Source: Fidelibacterota bacterium (lineage in GTDB: Bacteria > Fidelibacterota > Marinisomatia > Marinisomatales > Marinisomataceae). From it: a stretch of DNA of 48,180 nucleotides. Both the position numbers and the translations under genes were made by a program. The notes beneath the pieces were generated by a model. The model searched no databases, was not told where the DNA came from, and saw nothing but the letters and a program-made list of their open reading frames with translations. The stretch is from positions 1 to 48,180 of the forward strand of contig JAFMFP010000003.1 of NCBI GenBank assembly GCA_017856055.1, written 5' to 3'. The first letter of the stretch is position 1; each line of letters opens with the position of its first letter. Below are positions 1 through 8,751 of the stretch, in pieces.

Positions 1-2
1 TC

Positions 3-368
3 TTTGAAATAGGACAAGAAGAAGGAATTTTCAAACATTATAATGAAGATGGACTTCTTATTGAAGAAGAAGTATATAAAAATGGAAGACGTGACGGACC
101 CTATATATCATTCTATGATAATGGACAACTGAAAGAACAAGGAACTTATAAGAATGGAAAACTAGATGGTTCCTTTGAATCATACCATAGTAATGGACAA
201 TTCTTATGGAAAGGAACCTATAAGAATGGTTTTAAAGATGGAAAATACATAGAATCTTACTATTCCACTGGAAATGTCATTGAGGAAGGAATTTATCGGG
301 ATGGAACACTTGTATTTTACAAAACCACTAAAAATGGTGTAGAAACTGAATATATTTTTGATGATTAA
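3..368 (+). CDS. MORN-variant (YwqK-like) repeat protein, 5'-truncated by window edge
   Basis: Frame 3 open from nt 3 to TAA at 366-368: FEIGQEEGIFKHYNEDG...FYDNGQLKEQGTYKNGKLDGSFESYHSNGQFLWKGTYKNGFKDG; 24-aa YxxNGQ..G.YKNG repeats. Absent from the ORF track because the start is missing. Confidence 0.85.
   Translation, partial: FEIGQEEGIFKHYNEDGLLIEEEVYKNGRRDGPYISFYDNGQLKEQGTYKNGKLDGSFESYHSNGQFLWKGTYKNGFKDGKYIESYYSTGNVIEEGIYRDGTLVFYKTTKNGVETEYIFDD
119..229 (+). repeat. 72-bp-period imperfect tandem repeat encoding MORN units
   Basis: taatggacaa...aggaacttataagaatgg (119-157) vs taatggacaa...aggaacctataagaatgg (191-229). Confidence 0.75.
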
Positions 369-440
369 GAAAAATGAATTATCAACCTAGAAAAATAACA
401 AAAATAATCACTGTAGAATAAGTACCTAAGGGGGTGTTTT

Positions 441-947
441 TTGATTGAATTCAAAATAACTTTAGAAAATAATTACGTTCGTTTAGTACAAACTTCAGAA
501 GACCATTTTCAAGAATTATACCAAATTGGTAGTAACCCAGTAATATGGGAACAACACCCAAATCAAGATAGATGGAAAAAAAATAATTTTAGAAAATATT
601 TTGATGGTGGAATAAATAATAGTGAAGGTTGTTTTACTATTATTGATAAAAAAATAAATAAAATTATTGGAAATACAAGATTCTATTCATTTGATGAAAA
701 CAATCAATCAGTAAAAATAGGTTATACATTTATTTCTAATGAATATTGGGGTACTGAAATGAATTACCAAATTAAGAAATTAATGATGGATTATATTTTT
801 CAATTTTTAGATAAAGTATATTTCGAAATTGGGAAAAATAATTTTCGTTCACAAAAATCTGTTGAAAAACTTGGTGGTAAAAAAGTTAAACCTCAAAAAA
901 AAGAAAATTACTTATATCTAATTGATAAGAGTAAATGGAAAGGTTAA
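441..947 (+). CDS. GNAT N-acetyltransferase, RimJ/RimL-like
   Basis: IIGNTRFY, KIGYTFISNEYWG, NFRSQKSVEKLG motifs; TTG start preceded by AAGGGGG. Confidence 0.85.
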   Translation: MIEFKITLENNYVRLVQTSEDHFQELYQIGSNPVIWEQHPNQDRWKKNNFRKYFDGGINNSEGCFTIIDKKINKIIGNTRFYSFDENNQSVKIGYTFISNEYWGTEMNYQIKKLMMDYIFQFLDKVYFEIGKNNFRSQKSVEKLGGKKVKPQKKENYLYLIDKSKWKG

Positions 948-1000
948 AAAAATCAATAGATAGAATGTAACCATTTGTAAATTGAAGGGTGGTTGAAGAA

Positions 1001-1474
1001 ATGTCTGAAATTAGATTAATTCCATTTGATAATAATTATCGCAATGACTTTTTTCTTCTAAATAAAGAATGGATAGAAGAATATTGGGAACTAGAAAATT
1101 CAGATAAAAAAGATTTATTATATCCTGAAAACATTTCTCAGGGGGGAGGAGAAATATTTTTAGTATTAGAAAAAAATACGGTAATTGGTACTTGTGCAAT
1201 GATTAAAATTTCATCTAAATCTTATGAACTTGCAAAAATGACTATTTCCCAAAAATATAGAGGTAGGGGATATTCTAAATTACTTATGAAGGCAAGTATC
1301 AATTTTGCAAAAAATCAAAAAGCGAAAAAAATTATTTTAATATCAAATCGAAAATTGGTTGTAGCTAGACAACTTTATGACAAATTCGGATTTAAAGAAG
1401 TTGTTCTTGATTCAGACAAGTATTCAAGAGGTGATATTAAAATGGAACTTAATCTTCAGGAACAAATTCTTTGA
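1001..1474 (+). CDS. GNAT N-acetyltransferase
   Basis: ELAKMTISQKYRGRGYSKLLM acetyl-CoA motif A and ARQLYDKFGF; start ATG 1001 (alternative GTG 989). Confidence 0.85.
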   Translation: MSEIRLIPFDNNYRNDFFLLNKEWIEEYWELENSDKKDLLYPENISQGGGEIFLVLEKNTVIGTCAMIKISSKSYELAKMTISQKYRGRGYSKLLMKASINFAKNQKAKKIILISNRKLVVARQLYDKFGFKEVVLDSDKYSRGDIKMELNLQEQIL

Positions 1475-1779
1475 AAAGTAATTTAAATAGCAATATGTTA
1501 AGCATCTTTTTTGGGATATTTTTTTTATTTATTGGCTTTGTTAATAATTTTTGGGGAAATGATCCTTATTTTGGATTTTGTATTATGTTTACATCCTTTA
1601 TTTATTTCGACAAAGTATTAGTTAAACTCAATCAAGCTATTAGTACTAAAACTGTGAATATGATTAAAATAGTTGTAGGATTTTTGATTCTATGGCTTGC
1701 ACTTGGTGTAGGTGAATTTTTTGATAAGCTAGCATTAATGATTATTAATTTTCCACTAACTTTTATAACCGGATTTTAA
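1471..1779 (+). CDS. hypothetical membrane protein
   Basis: About 3 hydrophobic segments; start overlaps upstream stop (TTGA); NNFWGNDPYFG loop. Confidence 0.65.
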   Translation: MKSNLNSNMLSIFFGIFFLFIGFVNNFWGNDPYFGFCIMFTSFIYFDKVLVKLNQAISTKTVNMIKIVVGFLILWLALGVGEFFDKLALMIINFPLTFITGF

Positions 1780-1783
1780 TATC

Positions 1784-2065
1784 GTGGAAAAAATCTTATT
1801 AGCTTTATGTATTTTTGTATCTTTTGGAATTCTATCTTTATTCTTTAGTCAAAATTCAATCAAAGCAAATTTTAAATATATTTTAAACTGGATATTTGGC
1901 TTTCTTGTATTAGTTATTTTTGATTTATTTATGGAAGCTATTGTATTTGAGGCTTTGTCTTGGAATGGAACAAACAAAAATGATTGGTTTTTCATGTTAT
2001 GGTGGCTTCTAGTTTCTTTTTGGTTTATACATGGCATTTCAGCACTATATTTTGGTAAAAAATAA
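1784..2065 (+). CDS. hypothetical membrane protein
   Basis: 3 hydrophobic segments, WNGTNKNDWFF loop; 4 nt after the previous stop. Confidence 0.65.
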   Translation: MEKILLALCIFVSFGILSLFFSQNSIKANFKYILNWIFGFLVLVIFDLFMEAIVFEALSWNGTNKNDWFFMLWWLLVSFWFIHGISALYFGKK

Positions 2066-2089
2066 TAAAAATTATTCTTAGCTTTCTCT

Positions 2090-3880
2090 GTGAAGAAACT
2101 TATAACAACTTTTCTTATAATTACTTTAGCATTTGCACAATCTGTTGCTGTAAATGATGCATTAAATTACGATGAAATAGTCAAAGACATTAATAAAGGC
2201 AGATTTTCTAGTGCTCTAAAAAAAGTTGAAAAGTATGAAGTGTTAGATGAAAACTTGGTTCTCTTAAAAATAAAATCATTAAGAGGTTTAATGCGTTATG
2301 AAGATGCTCTTAAAATACATTCTAGTTTTTCAAGAACTTTCTTAAATAATGATTTTTTGAGTCTATATTACTTAGAGATAGGAGATATTTTTGCTGATTT
2401 ACAGCTGTATAATTTTGCATTTGAAAACTACTTAAAATCTAATGTACTCAACAATGACAGAAAAAATGATAATATTATATATAAAAGATTATCTTCAACT
2501 TTACAGCTCGGTCTAGATTACCAGTTTCTGCATTCACTTGAACTGATGGAATTAAATCAAGACAATTTAAGCTTGATTTATCTTGCTCAATGTTTTTCTA
2601 AAGATAATTCTGATAATTATTTATCAATTTTTCCTAAAATAAATTCATCAACTTTTAACAGAGAGCTAAGATCAGCTTATAAATTCATTCAAAAAAAGAT
2701 TTCAAATAATTCTGACTCAAACAGGATTGGAGTTGTTTTGCCTTTAACTGGAGAAAATTCTAATGAAGCTAATGCGTTTTTAAAAGGTCTTACTTTGTCA
2801 AATAATAGTTCAAACTCAAGGTATCAAAAAGAATTTATTGTGATAGATAATTATGGATCAGAAATCAAAACAATTGAAGCATTTAGAGTTTTAAGGGATA
2901 TATATAAAGTATCTGCAGTTATTGGCCCCTTTAATGAAAAAAATCTTCTCAGTGCAGCAGCTTTATACTCAAGAAGTGATACAATAATTTTATCTCCTTT
3001 TTATGCAAGCGAAGAGGTTCATAAAATCAACAAAAATGTTTTACTTCTTAATTCATCATTAAAAGTAAAAAATCAGGTTTTATTAAACTATTTAGTAAAC
3101 AGCTTCAATGAAAAGGATTCATTTTCCATAGCAATTATTGCACCTGATTCAGATTTTGGAAGAAAAGAAGTAGACTCTATTTTAATTGAAATGGACCAAC
3201 TTAATATTGAGCCAATTTCTGTTCAATTTTATAATATAAATGGAGATATAGATTTAAGAAGTAATTTTGATGTTCTAAGGGAGATTGCATGGGAAAAGAA
3301 AAATGAAGAAGAATATCAAGATTTCCTCGGTGCAGAAATTGATATGTTAGATTCGATGTTTGAAATTGAAACAGATGATTTATATAGTAGATTTAATATT
3401 AGTGAGGAAGCTGACATAGATTCTTCAAAATTTATTTTAGATACTATTGATGCAGTTTATCTCCCTGTATCCAATAGCGAAATGAAATTTGTTGCAACTC
3501 AAATAGCTCTTTCCAATTTGGATACACAGTTAATTGGAAATGACTTATGGTTTGATATGGAATTTTTACGTCAAGAAAATATTTCTCCCCATATTCAAAA
3601 AATGATTTATAGTAGTGCATATAGCCCTAACTATAAAATTAGAAATGATTATGGTAACAATAATTCTTTAAATTATTTTTTCTACTATGGATACGACATT
3701 TCTGAATTCCTGAAGTCAACTTTAACAATCTCAGACCTCTCTTCTAATTCATTTGAGAATGGAATGACTAGAGGGTTTTCTTTTAATTTGGGTTCAGTAA
3801 ATAAGAGCGTAAATATTTATCAATTTGAGTCAAATAGGTTAATAAAATTTTCTAATAATCAAAATTTGAATGATAATTAA
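2090..3880 (+). CDS. exported protein with N-terminal helical/TPR-like region and type I periplasmic-binding-protein domain (LppC/LpoA-like)
   Basis: Signal peptide MKKLITTFLIITLAFA; RIGVVLPLTG, SAVIGP, IDAVYLP and QLIGNDLW segments typical of LppC/PBP1 folds. Confidence 0.65.
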   Translation: MKKLITTFLIITLAFAQSVAVNDALNYDEIVKDINKGRFSSALKKVEKYEVLDENLVLLKIKSLRGLMRYEDALKIHSSFSRTFLNNDFLSLYYLEIGDIFADLQLYNFAFENYLKSNVLNNDRKNDNIIYKRLSSTLQLGLDYQFLHSLELMELNQDNLSLIYLAQCFSKDNSDNYLSIFPKINSSTFNRELRSAYKFIQKKISNNSDSNRIGVVLPLTGENSNEANAFLKGLTLSNNSSNSRYQKEFIVIDNYGSEIKTIEAFRVLRDIYKVSAVIGPFNEKNLLSAAALYSRSDTIILSPFYASEEVHKINKNVLLLNSSLKVKNQVLLNYLVNSFNEKDSFSIAIIAPDSDFGRKEVDSILIEMDQLNIEPISVQFYNINGDIDLRSNFDVLREIAWEKKNEEEYQDFLGAEIDMLDSMFEIETDDLYSRFNISEEADIDSSKFILDTIDAVYLPVSNSEMKFVATQIALSNLDTQLIGNDLWFDMEFLRQENISPHIQKMIYSSAYSPNYKIRNDYGNNNSLNYFFYYGYDISEFLKSTLTISDLSSNSFENGMTRGFSFNLGSVNKSVNIYQFESNRLIKFSNNQNLNDN

Positions 3881-4490
3881 CTTTTCCTCAAAATTTCAAA
3901 TTCCAAACTATACAATTCTTTTCTCAAGCGAATCCTTTGATAATTTGAACAGTTCAAGAAAAATATTTTCTATGAACCAAGTTCATTCAAATAAAATTTC
4001 TCTTCTTGATAAATTCAATCAAAACGATAAGTTGGATGGATTATTAGCCATTAATTCATCTTCAATTTTGTCCGTAAAAACCGCTGATTGTCTTCCAATT
4101 TTCATTTATCATAACTCGAGAAATATTTTTGGTATTTTGCATGCTGGGTGGAGAGGATTAAGCAATGGAATTATCAATAATCTTGTTCAGTTGCTTTTAG
4201 AGCAAAATTTGAACCCAAGTGATTTTTCAGCCTTTATTGGCCCTTCAATATGTCAAAAAAATTATGAAGTCACTAAAGAAATGCAGAACTTTTTTCCTGG
4301 TAAATTCTTTAAAACAATTGATAAGAAACTTTTTTTAAGCCTTCAGGATTTTACTATAGAAAACTTTTCAAATTTTGGAATAAATACTCTATTTTGTAAT
4401 GAATGTACTTATGAAAATAAAAACTACCATTCTTACAGAAAAAGCAAAACTTCACAAAGAATAACAGGAATCATTTATAGAAATGAATAA
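3870..4490 (+). CDS. pgeF: YfiH/PgeF family (peptidoglycan editing factor / purine nucleoside phosphorylase, laccase domain)
   Basis: QVHS, TADCLP, HAGWRG, IGPSI and HSYR motifs. Confidence 0.85.
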   Translation: MIINFSSKFQIPNYTILFSSESFDNLNSSRKIFSMNQVHSNKISLLDKFNQNDKLDGLLAINSSSILSVKTADCLPIFIYHNSRNIFGILHAGWRGLSNGIINNLVQLLLEQNLNPSDFSAFIGPSICQKNYEVTKEMQNFFPGKFFKTIDKKLFLSLQDFTIENFSNFGINTLFCNECTYENKNYHSYRKSKTSQRITGIIYRNE

Positions 4491-5229
4491 TCTAATTGAG
4501 CTCTTTATTTTAGGAATAATTCAAGGTATGACTGAATTTTTTCCAATTAGTAGCTCGGGTCATTTAGTAATTGGACAAGATATCCTTAATATTTCAAATT
4601 TAGATGCTACAGAGGAAATTATAGCTCATTTTGGAACTTTATTTAGCATCATTTATTTTTATCGATCATCATTTTTTTCTAAAAAGAACCCTTCTGATTT
4701 TTTCCATTCAGAAAATCTCACCAAATTGGTTCTCGCAACTATTCCTGCAATAATTTTTGCTTTATTATTTGACGTTGAATCATTCTTCAATATCGGCTTT
4801 GTGGAGAAAGCTCTCTTAATCAATGGTATCTGGCTTATTTTAGCTACGATTCTTACCAATACTTTTAAATTTAAGTTAACCAATAAAATTGCTTTATTAT
4901 TGGGTATCTTCCAGTCTATAGCAATTTTACCAGGTATTTCTAGATCAGGAGCGGTAATTTGTGCTGCACTAATCCTAGGAATTAAAAAAAGTGAAATAAT
5001 TAAGTTTTGTTTTTATATGGTTGTTCCAGCAACAATTTTATCTATTTTTTATAAATTGTTATTTTCATCCAATGGTTTTTCAATTTTATCTTTTCAGTCT
5101 AGCTTTGTTTTATTTTCCTCCTCTTTTATTTTTGGATACTTGAGTCTAGTTTTTTTAATAAAAATTTTAGAAAAGTTTAGCTTTATTGGCTTTGGAGTAT
5201 ATTGTATAATTGTTAGTTTCTTAATATGA
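4483..5229 (+). CDS. uppP: undecaprenyl-diphosphate phosphatase
   Basis: QGMTEFFPISSSGHL and PGISRSG motifs; polytopic membrane protein. Confidence 0.92.
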   Translation: MNNLIELFILGIIQGMTEFFPISSSGHLVIGQDILNISNLDATEEIIAHFGTLFSIIYFYRSSFFSKKNPSDFFHSENLTKLVLATIPAIIFALLFDVESFFNIGFVEKALLINGIWLILATILTNTFKFKLTNKIALLLGIFQSIAILPGISRSGAVICAALILGIKKSEIIKFCFYMVVPATILSIFYKLLFSSNGFSILSFQSSFVLFSSSFIFGYLSLVFLIKILEKFSFIGFGVYCIIVSFLI

Positions 5230-6662
5230 TTGAATTAATTTTTTCACTTTATTTATTATTAATTATTTTTGTTGGAATTTTTTCTAATAGGTTTATTGCT
5301 AATAAATTAGATTTTCTTTTAGCTGGCAGAAAACTTGGACCATGGGTAACTGCTTTCTCAGAAAGAGCTTCCGGTGAATCTGCTTGGCTTTTATTAGGTT
5401 TGCCTGGCGCAGCAATCGCAATCGGCTATGGAGAAATTTGGGCTGTACTTGGTATAACTATAGGCATTATATCTTCTTGGTTTTTAGTTGCTGAAAAGTT
5501 GCGTGATGAAACCGAAAAGTATAATGCTGTAACAATCCCTGATTATTTAGAAAAAAGATTTAATGACAATGGATCAATTAAATTAATTTCTGCAGGAATT
5601 ATTACTCTATTTTTTTCCTTTTATGTTTCAGCTCAATTCCACGGTGCTGGTAAGATACTGGAGCAGATATTTGGAATTGACCCAATTTATGGAATTACAT
5701 TAAGTGCCATTATTATAATAATTTATACTCTTTTAGGTGGTTTATTAGCTGTAGCTTGGACCGATCTTATTCAGGGTATTTTAATGATAGGTACTTTAGT
5801 CATTCTACCAGTTCTAGGATTTTTCTATTTGTTTGAGAGTGGAAATAGTCTTGAAAATGTTCTTTTTGCTAGCTCAGACCCTATTAAAAATTCTATTTTT
5901 TCTTCTTCAGATTCTTTTTCATCGATGATTTTACTTGCTTTAGGGGGAATGAGTTGGGGGTTGGGATATTTTGGACAACCTCACTTGCTTATCAGGTATA
6001 TGGCCATTAAATCTGTCAAAGATGTAAAGATTGCTAAATGGGTTGCAACATTTTGGGCAATTCCAGGTATTATGGGTGCTTTTTTAATTGGTATTGTTGG
6101 CTTAGCTTACTTTGGAGAGGATTATTTTATTGGCAAAGATCCAGAAACAGTGATGCCTCTTCTGGCCTCTACTTTATTACCTTCCTGGCTTGCAGGTTTA
6201 TTAATCTCAGGTGCAGTAGCTGCAATGATGTCAACAGCCGATTCTCAATTACTTGTCTCATCATCAACTATTAGTGAAGATTTAGGATTAAATAGATTAT
6301 TTAAAAAAAGAAGTACTGAAATTGATTTATTAATAAATACTCGTTTAATTACTACTATTTTAGGATTGATTGCATATGGTATGGCAATTTATTCACAAAT
6401 TACTGGCAATTCGATTTTTGGAATAGTTAGCTTTGCTTGGAGTGGTTTGGGATCTTCATTTGGACCCGCAATTATTCTATCTTTATGGTGGGCTAGAACT
6501 TCAACTAAGGGAATTATTGCTGGCTTGTTGTCTGGATCTATTTCAACAATTATTTGGGGCAGCAGTCCTTATTTAAAGTCAATTGTCACTGAAAGATTAT
6601 CAAGTTTTGTTATTGCTTTTTTTGCAATAGTAATTTTTAGCTATCTATATAAAGATGAATAA
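5226..6662 (+). CDS. putP: sodium/proline symporter (SSS family, PutP-like)
   Basis: LAGRKLGPWVTAFSERASGESAWLLLGLPG, AVAWTDLIQG, GYFGQPHLLIRYMA and AAMMSTADSQLL motifs. Confidence 0.85.
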   Translation: MIELIFSLYLLLIIFVGIFSNRFIANKLDFLLAGRKLGPWVTAFSERASGESAWLLLGLPGAAIAIGYGEIWAVLGITIGIISSWFLVAEKLRDETEKYNAVTIPDYLEKRFNDNGSIKLISAGIITLFFSFYVSAQFHGAGKILEQIFGIDPIYGITLSAIIIIIYTLLGGLLAVAWTDLIQGILMIGTLVILPVLGFFYLFESGNSLENVLFASSDPIKNSIFSSSDSFSSMILLALGGMSWGLGYFGQPHLLIRYMAIKSVKDVKIAKWVATFWAIPGIMGAFLIGIVGLAYFGEDYFIGKDPETVMPLLASTLLPSWLAGLLISGAVAAMMSTADSQLLVSSSTISEDLGLNRLFKKRSTEIDLLINTRLITTILGLIAYGMAIYSQITGNSIFGIVSFAWSGLGSSFGPAIILSLWWARTSTKGIIAGLLSGSISTIIWGSSPYLKSIVTERLSSFVIAFFAIVIFSYLYKDE

Positions 6663-7653
6663 AATTTTTGAATTAAATAGTGATTTATTAAAAAAATCAA
6701 AGAATTTTTTTTTAGCAGGAGATAATGATTTTTTATATTTATTTATTAAAGATAAAATAAAATCTATCCACTCTGATTCTGATTTATATATTTTTGATTG
6801 TTCAGATAAAATTGAACTTCAAGAGGCAATAGATTCCTTATCCAACTTGACACTTTTTACTGAAAAGAAAATTACAATTTTAAAAAATATAGACTCCATT
6901 TCAGACAAAATGTTACATACTTTTGTTGAAATTTTTCAAAATAACCTCGAATCAGAAAATTTAATTCTTGGAGTAGATAATAATTTTCTGTCTTATGATT
7001 ATACTACTAAAAAGAATCGTCTAAAGTCAAAAAATTCAGTTGCACTTTCAAAAAGCTGCCAATTGATTGATATTTCAACTCCTTTTGAAAGTGAAATGAT
7101 TCGTTGGATTTCTTTTTTTGAAAAAGAAAAAAATATTACCATTCCACCAAAATTAAAAAAAGAACTTGTTTTAATCTTTGGTACCAATTTTCATTCGATT
7201 TACAATGAGATAAATAAGATTTCTTATCTCATCGAGTCTAAAATATTCAGTTTTGATGAGTGGTATCAATCAATTTCAAATTCTCATAAAAATAAACAAT
7301 TGTGGGAGTTCAATTATGCCGTATTAGATAAAAAGATTCAAGATATTTTGGTGATTGGAAATTCGATTTATCTGCAATATGGAATTAATTTTATTATATC
7401 AAGCCTGTTTCAAATTTTTGAAACTTTATTTTTTTATCATATAAATGATGGAACAAATATCAATCGCATGCATTCAAGTTTAAAACCAAACATTTTGAAA
7501 AGAGTTAGTTTGTCGTATAAAAATTTCAAAATGATTGAAATTGAAAAAGCGCTAATAGCTTTATATGATGCAGATAAAAAACAAAAACAACGAAAGAATA
7601 TAGATGACGCAGAGTTTGTTAAACTTATCACTGAAATCTTCAGCGATGGATAA
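6655..7653 (+). CDS. holA: DNA polymerase III subunit delta (divergent)
   Basis: 332 aa; FFLAGDNDF, NLTLFTEKKITILKN, IYNEINKI and ALIALYDADKKQK match the HolA layout. Confidence 0.7.
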   Translation: MNKIFELNSDLLKKSKNFFLAGDNDFLYLFIKDKIKSIHSDSDLYIFDCSDKIELQEAIDSLSNLTLFTEKKITILKNIDSISDKMLHTFVEIFQNNLESENLILGVDNNFLSYDYTTKKNRLKSKNSVALSKSCQLIDISTPFESEMIRWISFFEKEKNITIPPKLKKELVLIFGTNFHSIYNEINKISYLIESKIFSFDEWYQSISNSHKNKQLWEFNYAVLDKKIQDILVIGNSIYLQYGINFIISSLFQIFETLFFYHINDGTNINRMHSSLKPNILKRVSLSYKNFKMIEIEKALIALYDADKKQKQRKNIDDAEFVKLITEIFSDG

Positions 7654-8215
7654 TCCTTTTAAACTTTCAGACGAAAAGCTAATTGCTCGCTTTGTTAATG
7701 GCGACATCAATGCTTATAAAGAGCTAGTAAAAAGGTATCAAGATAAACTTTTCAATTTTGTCATGAGATATTTTAATAATAGAGAGCAAGCTGAAGATGT
7801 TGTTCAAGAAACATTGATCAAGCTATACACTCATGCACATTATTACAAAGATATAGCCCTTTTCTCAACATGGATTTACACGATAGCAAAAAATAATGCT
7901 TTGACTGAATTAAGAAAAAATAAAGTGAAGAAAAGTAATTCAATGTGGACAGATGATGGAAAATTGATTGATATTGCTTCCAATGAAATACCTTTAGATG
8001 AAAAAGTCCAGAATGAAATTGCTGTCGAAAAACTGAACAAGTACTTATTAGAATTACCTGAAAATTTTAGGATGGCAGTTTATTTGAGAGATTTTGAGGA
8101 ACATTCTTATGAAGAAATTAGTATGATACTAGAAATTCCTATTGGTACAATTAAATCAAGAATCAATAGGGGAAGAATTATGCTTGCAGAAAAATTGAAG
8201 TCATATAAGGAGTAA
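7646..8215 (+). CDS. ECF RNA polymerase sigma-70 factor (RpoE/SigW-like)
   Basis: AEDVVQETLIK, FSTWIYTIAKN and SYEEISMILEIPIGTIKSRINRGR (regions 2 and 4.2); ATG 7646 overlaps the holA end. Confidence 0.92.
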   Translation: MDNPFKLSDEKLIARFVNGDINAYKELVKRYQDKLFNFVMRYFNNREQAEDVVQETLIKLYTHAHYYKDIALFSTWIYTIAKNNALTELRKNKVKKSNSMWTDDGKLIDIASNEIPLDEKVQNEIAVEKLNKYLLELPENFRMAVYLRDFEEHSYEEISMILEIPIGTIKSRINRGRIMLAEKLKSYKE

Positions 8216-8222
8216 AATTTAA

Positions 8223-8705
8223 ATGGATAAAAACATTTTTGAAGATCGCATTTTAGACTATTTAGATGGGTCTATGGATTTTAAAGAAAGAAAAGAATTT
8301 GAAAGTTTTTTGAATGATAATGATTCCTATAAATCAATGGTGAATGATATCAAAAATAATATCAAGTTAATGAAGAGCGTTGAACCTTTAAAAGTTTCTA
8401 AAAATTTTGAAGAAAGACTTCAATTAAAAATAGAAAGTTTATCTTTGAATAATAATGATAAGAAATCATTCCTTTCAAGCTCTGCAAGACAATGGATTTT
8501 TTCAGGATTATCAATATTTGGAATTTTAGTACTTAGCTTTCTTTTCTTTCAGCCAAATTCTAATCTAGTGATTGCAGATGAAAAAATTCAAAATGAACAG
8601 AAAACTTTAATTGAATCACCATCCAAAAATTCCAATGATGAACAAATTAAAGAACTTGATCAGCTAGATAATTTTAATGGATCATTTGTGAACGATAAAC
8701 AGTAA
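8223..8705 (+). CDS. anti-sigma factor (ASD plus single TM)
   Basis: Directly follows the ECF sigma; ILDYLDGSM...ERKEFE N-terminus; one TM (WIFSGLSIFGILVLSFLFF); AAGGAG RBS. Confidence 0.75.
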   Translation: MDKNIFEDRILDYLDGSMDFKERKEFESFLNDNDSYKSMVNDIKNNIKLMKSVEPLKVSKNFEERLQLKIESLSLNNNDKKSFLSSSARQWIFSGLSIFGILVLSFLFFQPNSNLVIADEKIQNEQKTLIESPSKNSNDEQIKELDQLDNFNGSFVNDKQ

Positions 8706-8717
8706 ATCTTAACTCAA

Positions 8718-8746
8718 TTGAATATCTCACTATAGAGATGTAATTT
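8718..8746 (+). promoter_or_regulatory. putative sigma70 promoter (TTGAAT-N17-TAATTT), likely leaderless
   Basis: -10 box ends 5 nt before ATG 8752; spacer contains the inverted repeat ATCTC-N6-GAGAT. Confidence 0.55.
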
Positions 8747-8751
8747 GAGCA

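Noticed and set aside
119-229. Repeat as a CRISPR array or DGR template/variable repeat
   Set aside because: In-frame 24-aa MORN protein repeat; no spacers, cas genes or reverse transcriptase.
966-994. TGTAAC-N17-GT as an ECF promoter before the second GNAT
   Set aside because: Single occurrence, overlapping the RBS/start region; insufficient support.
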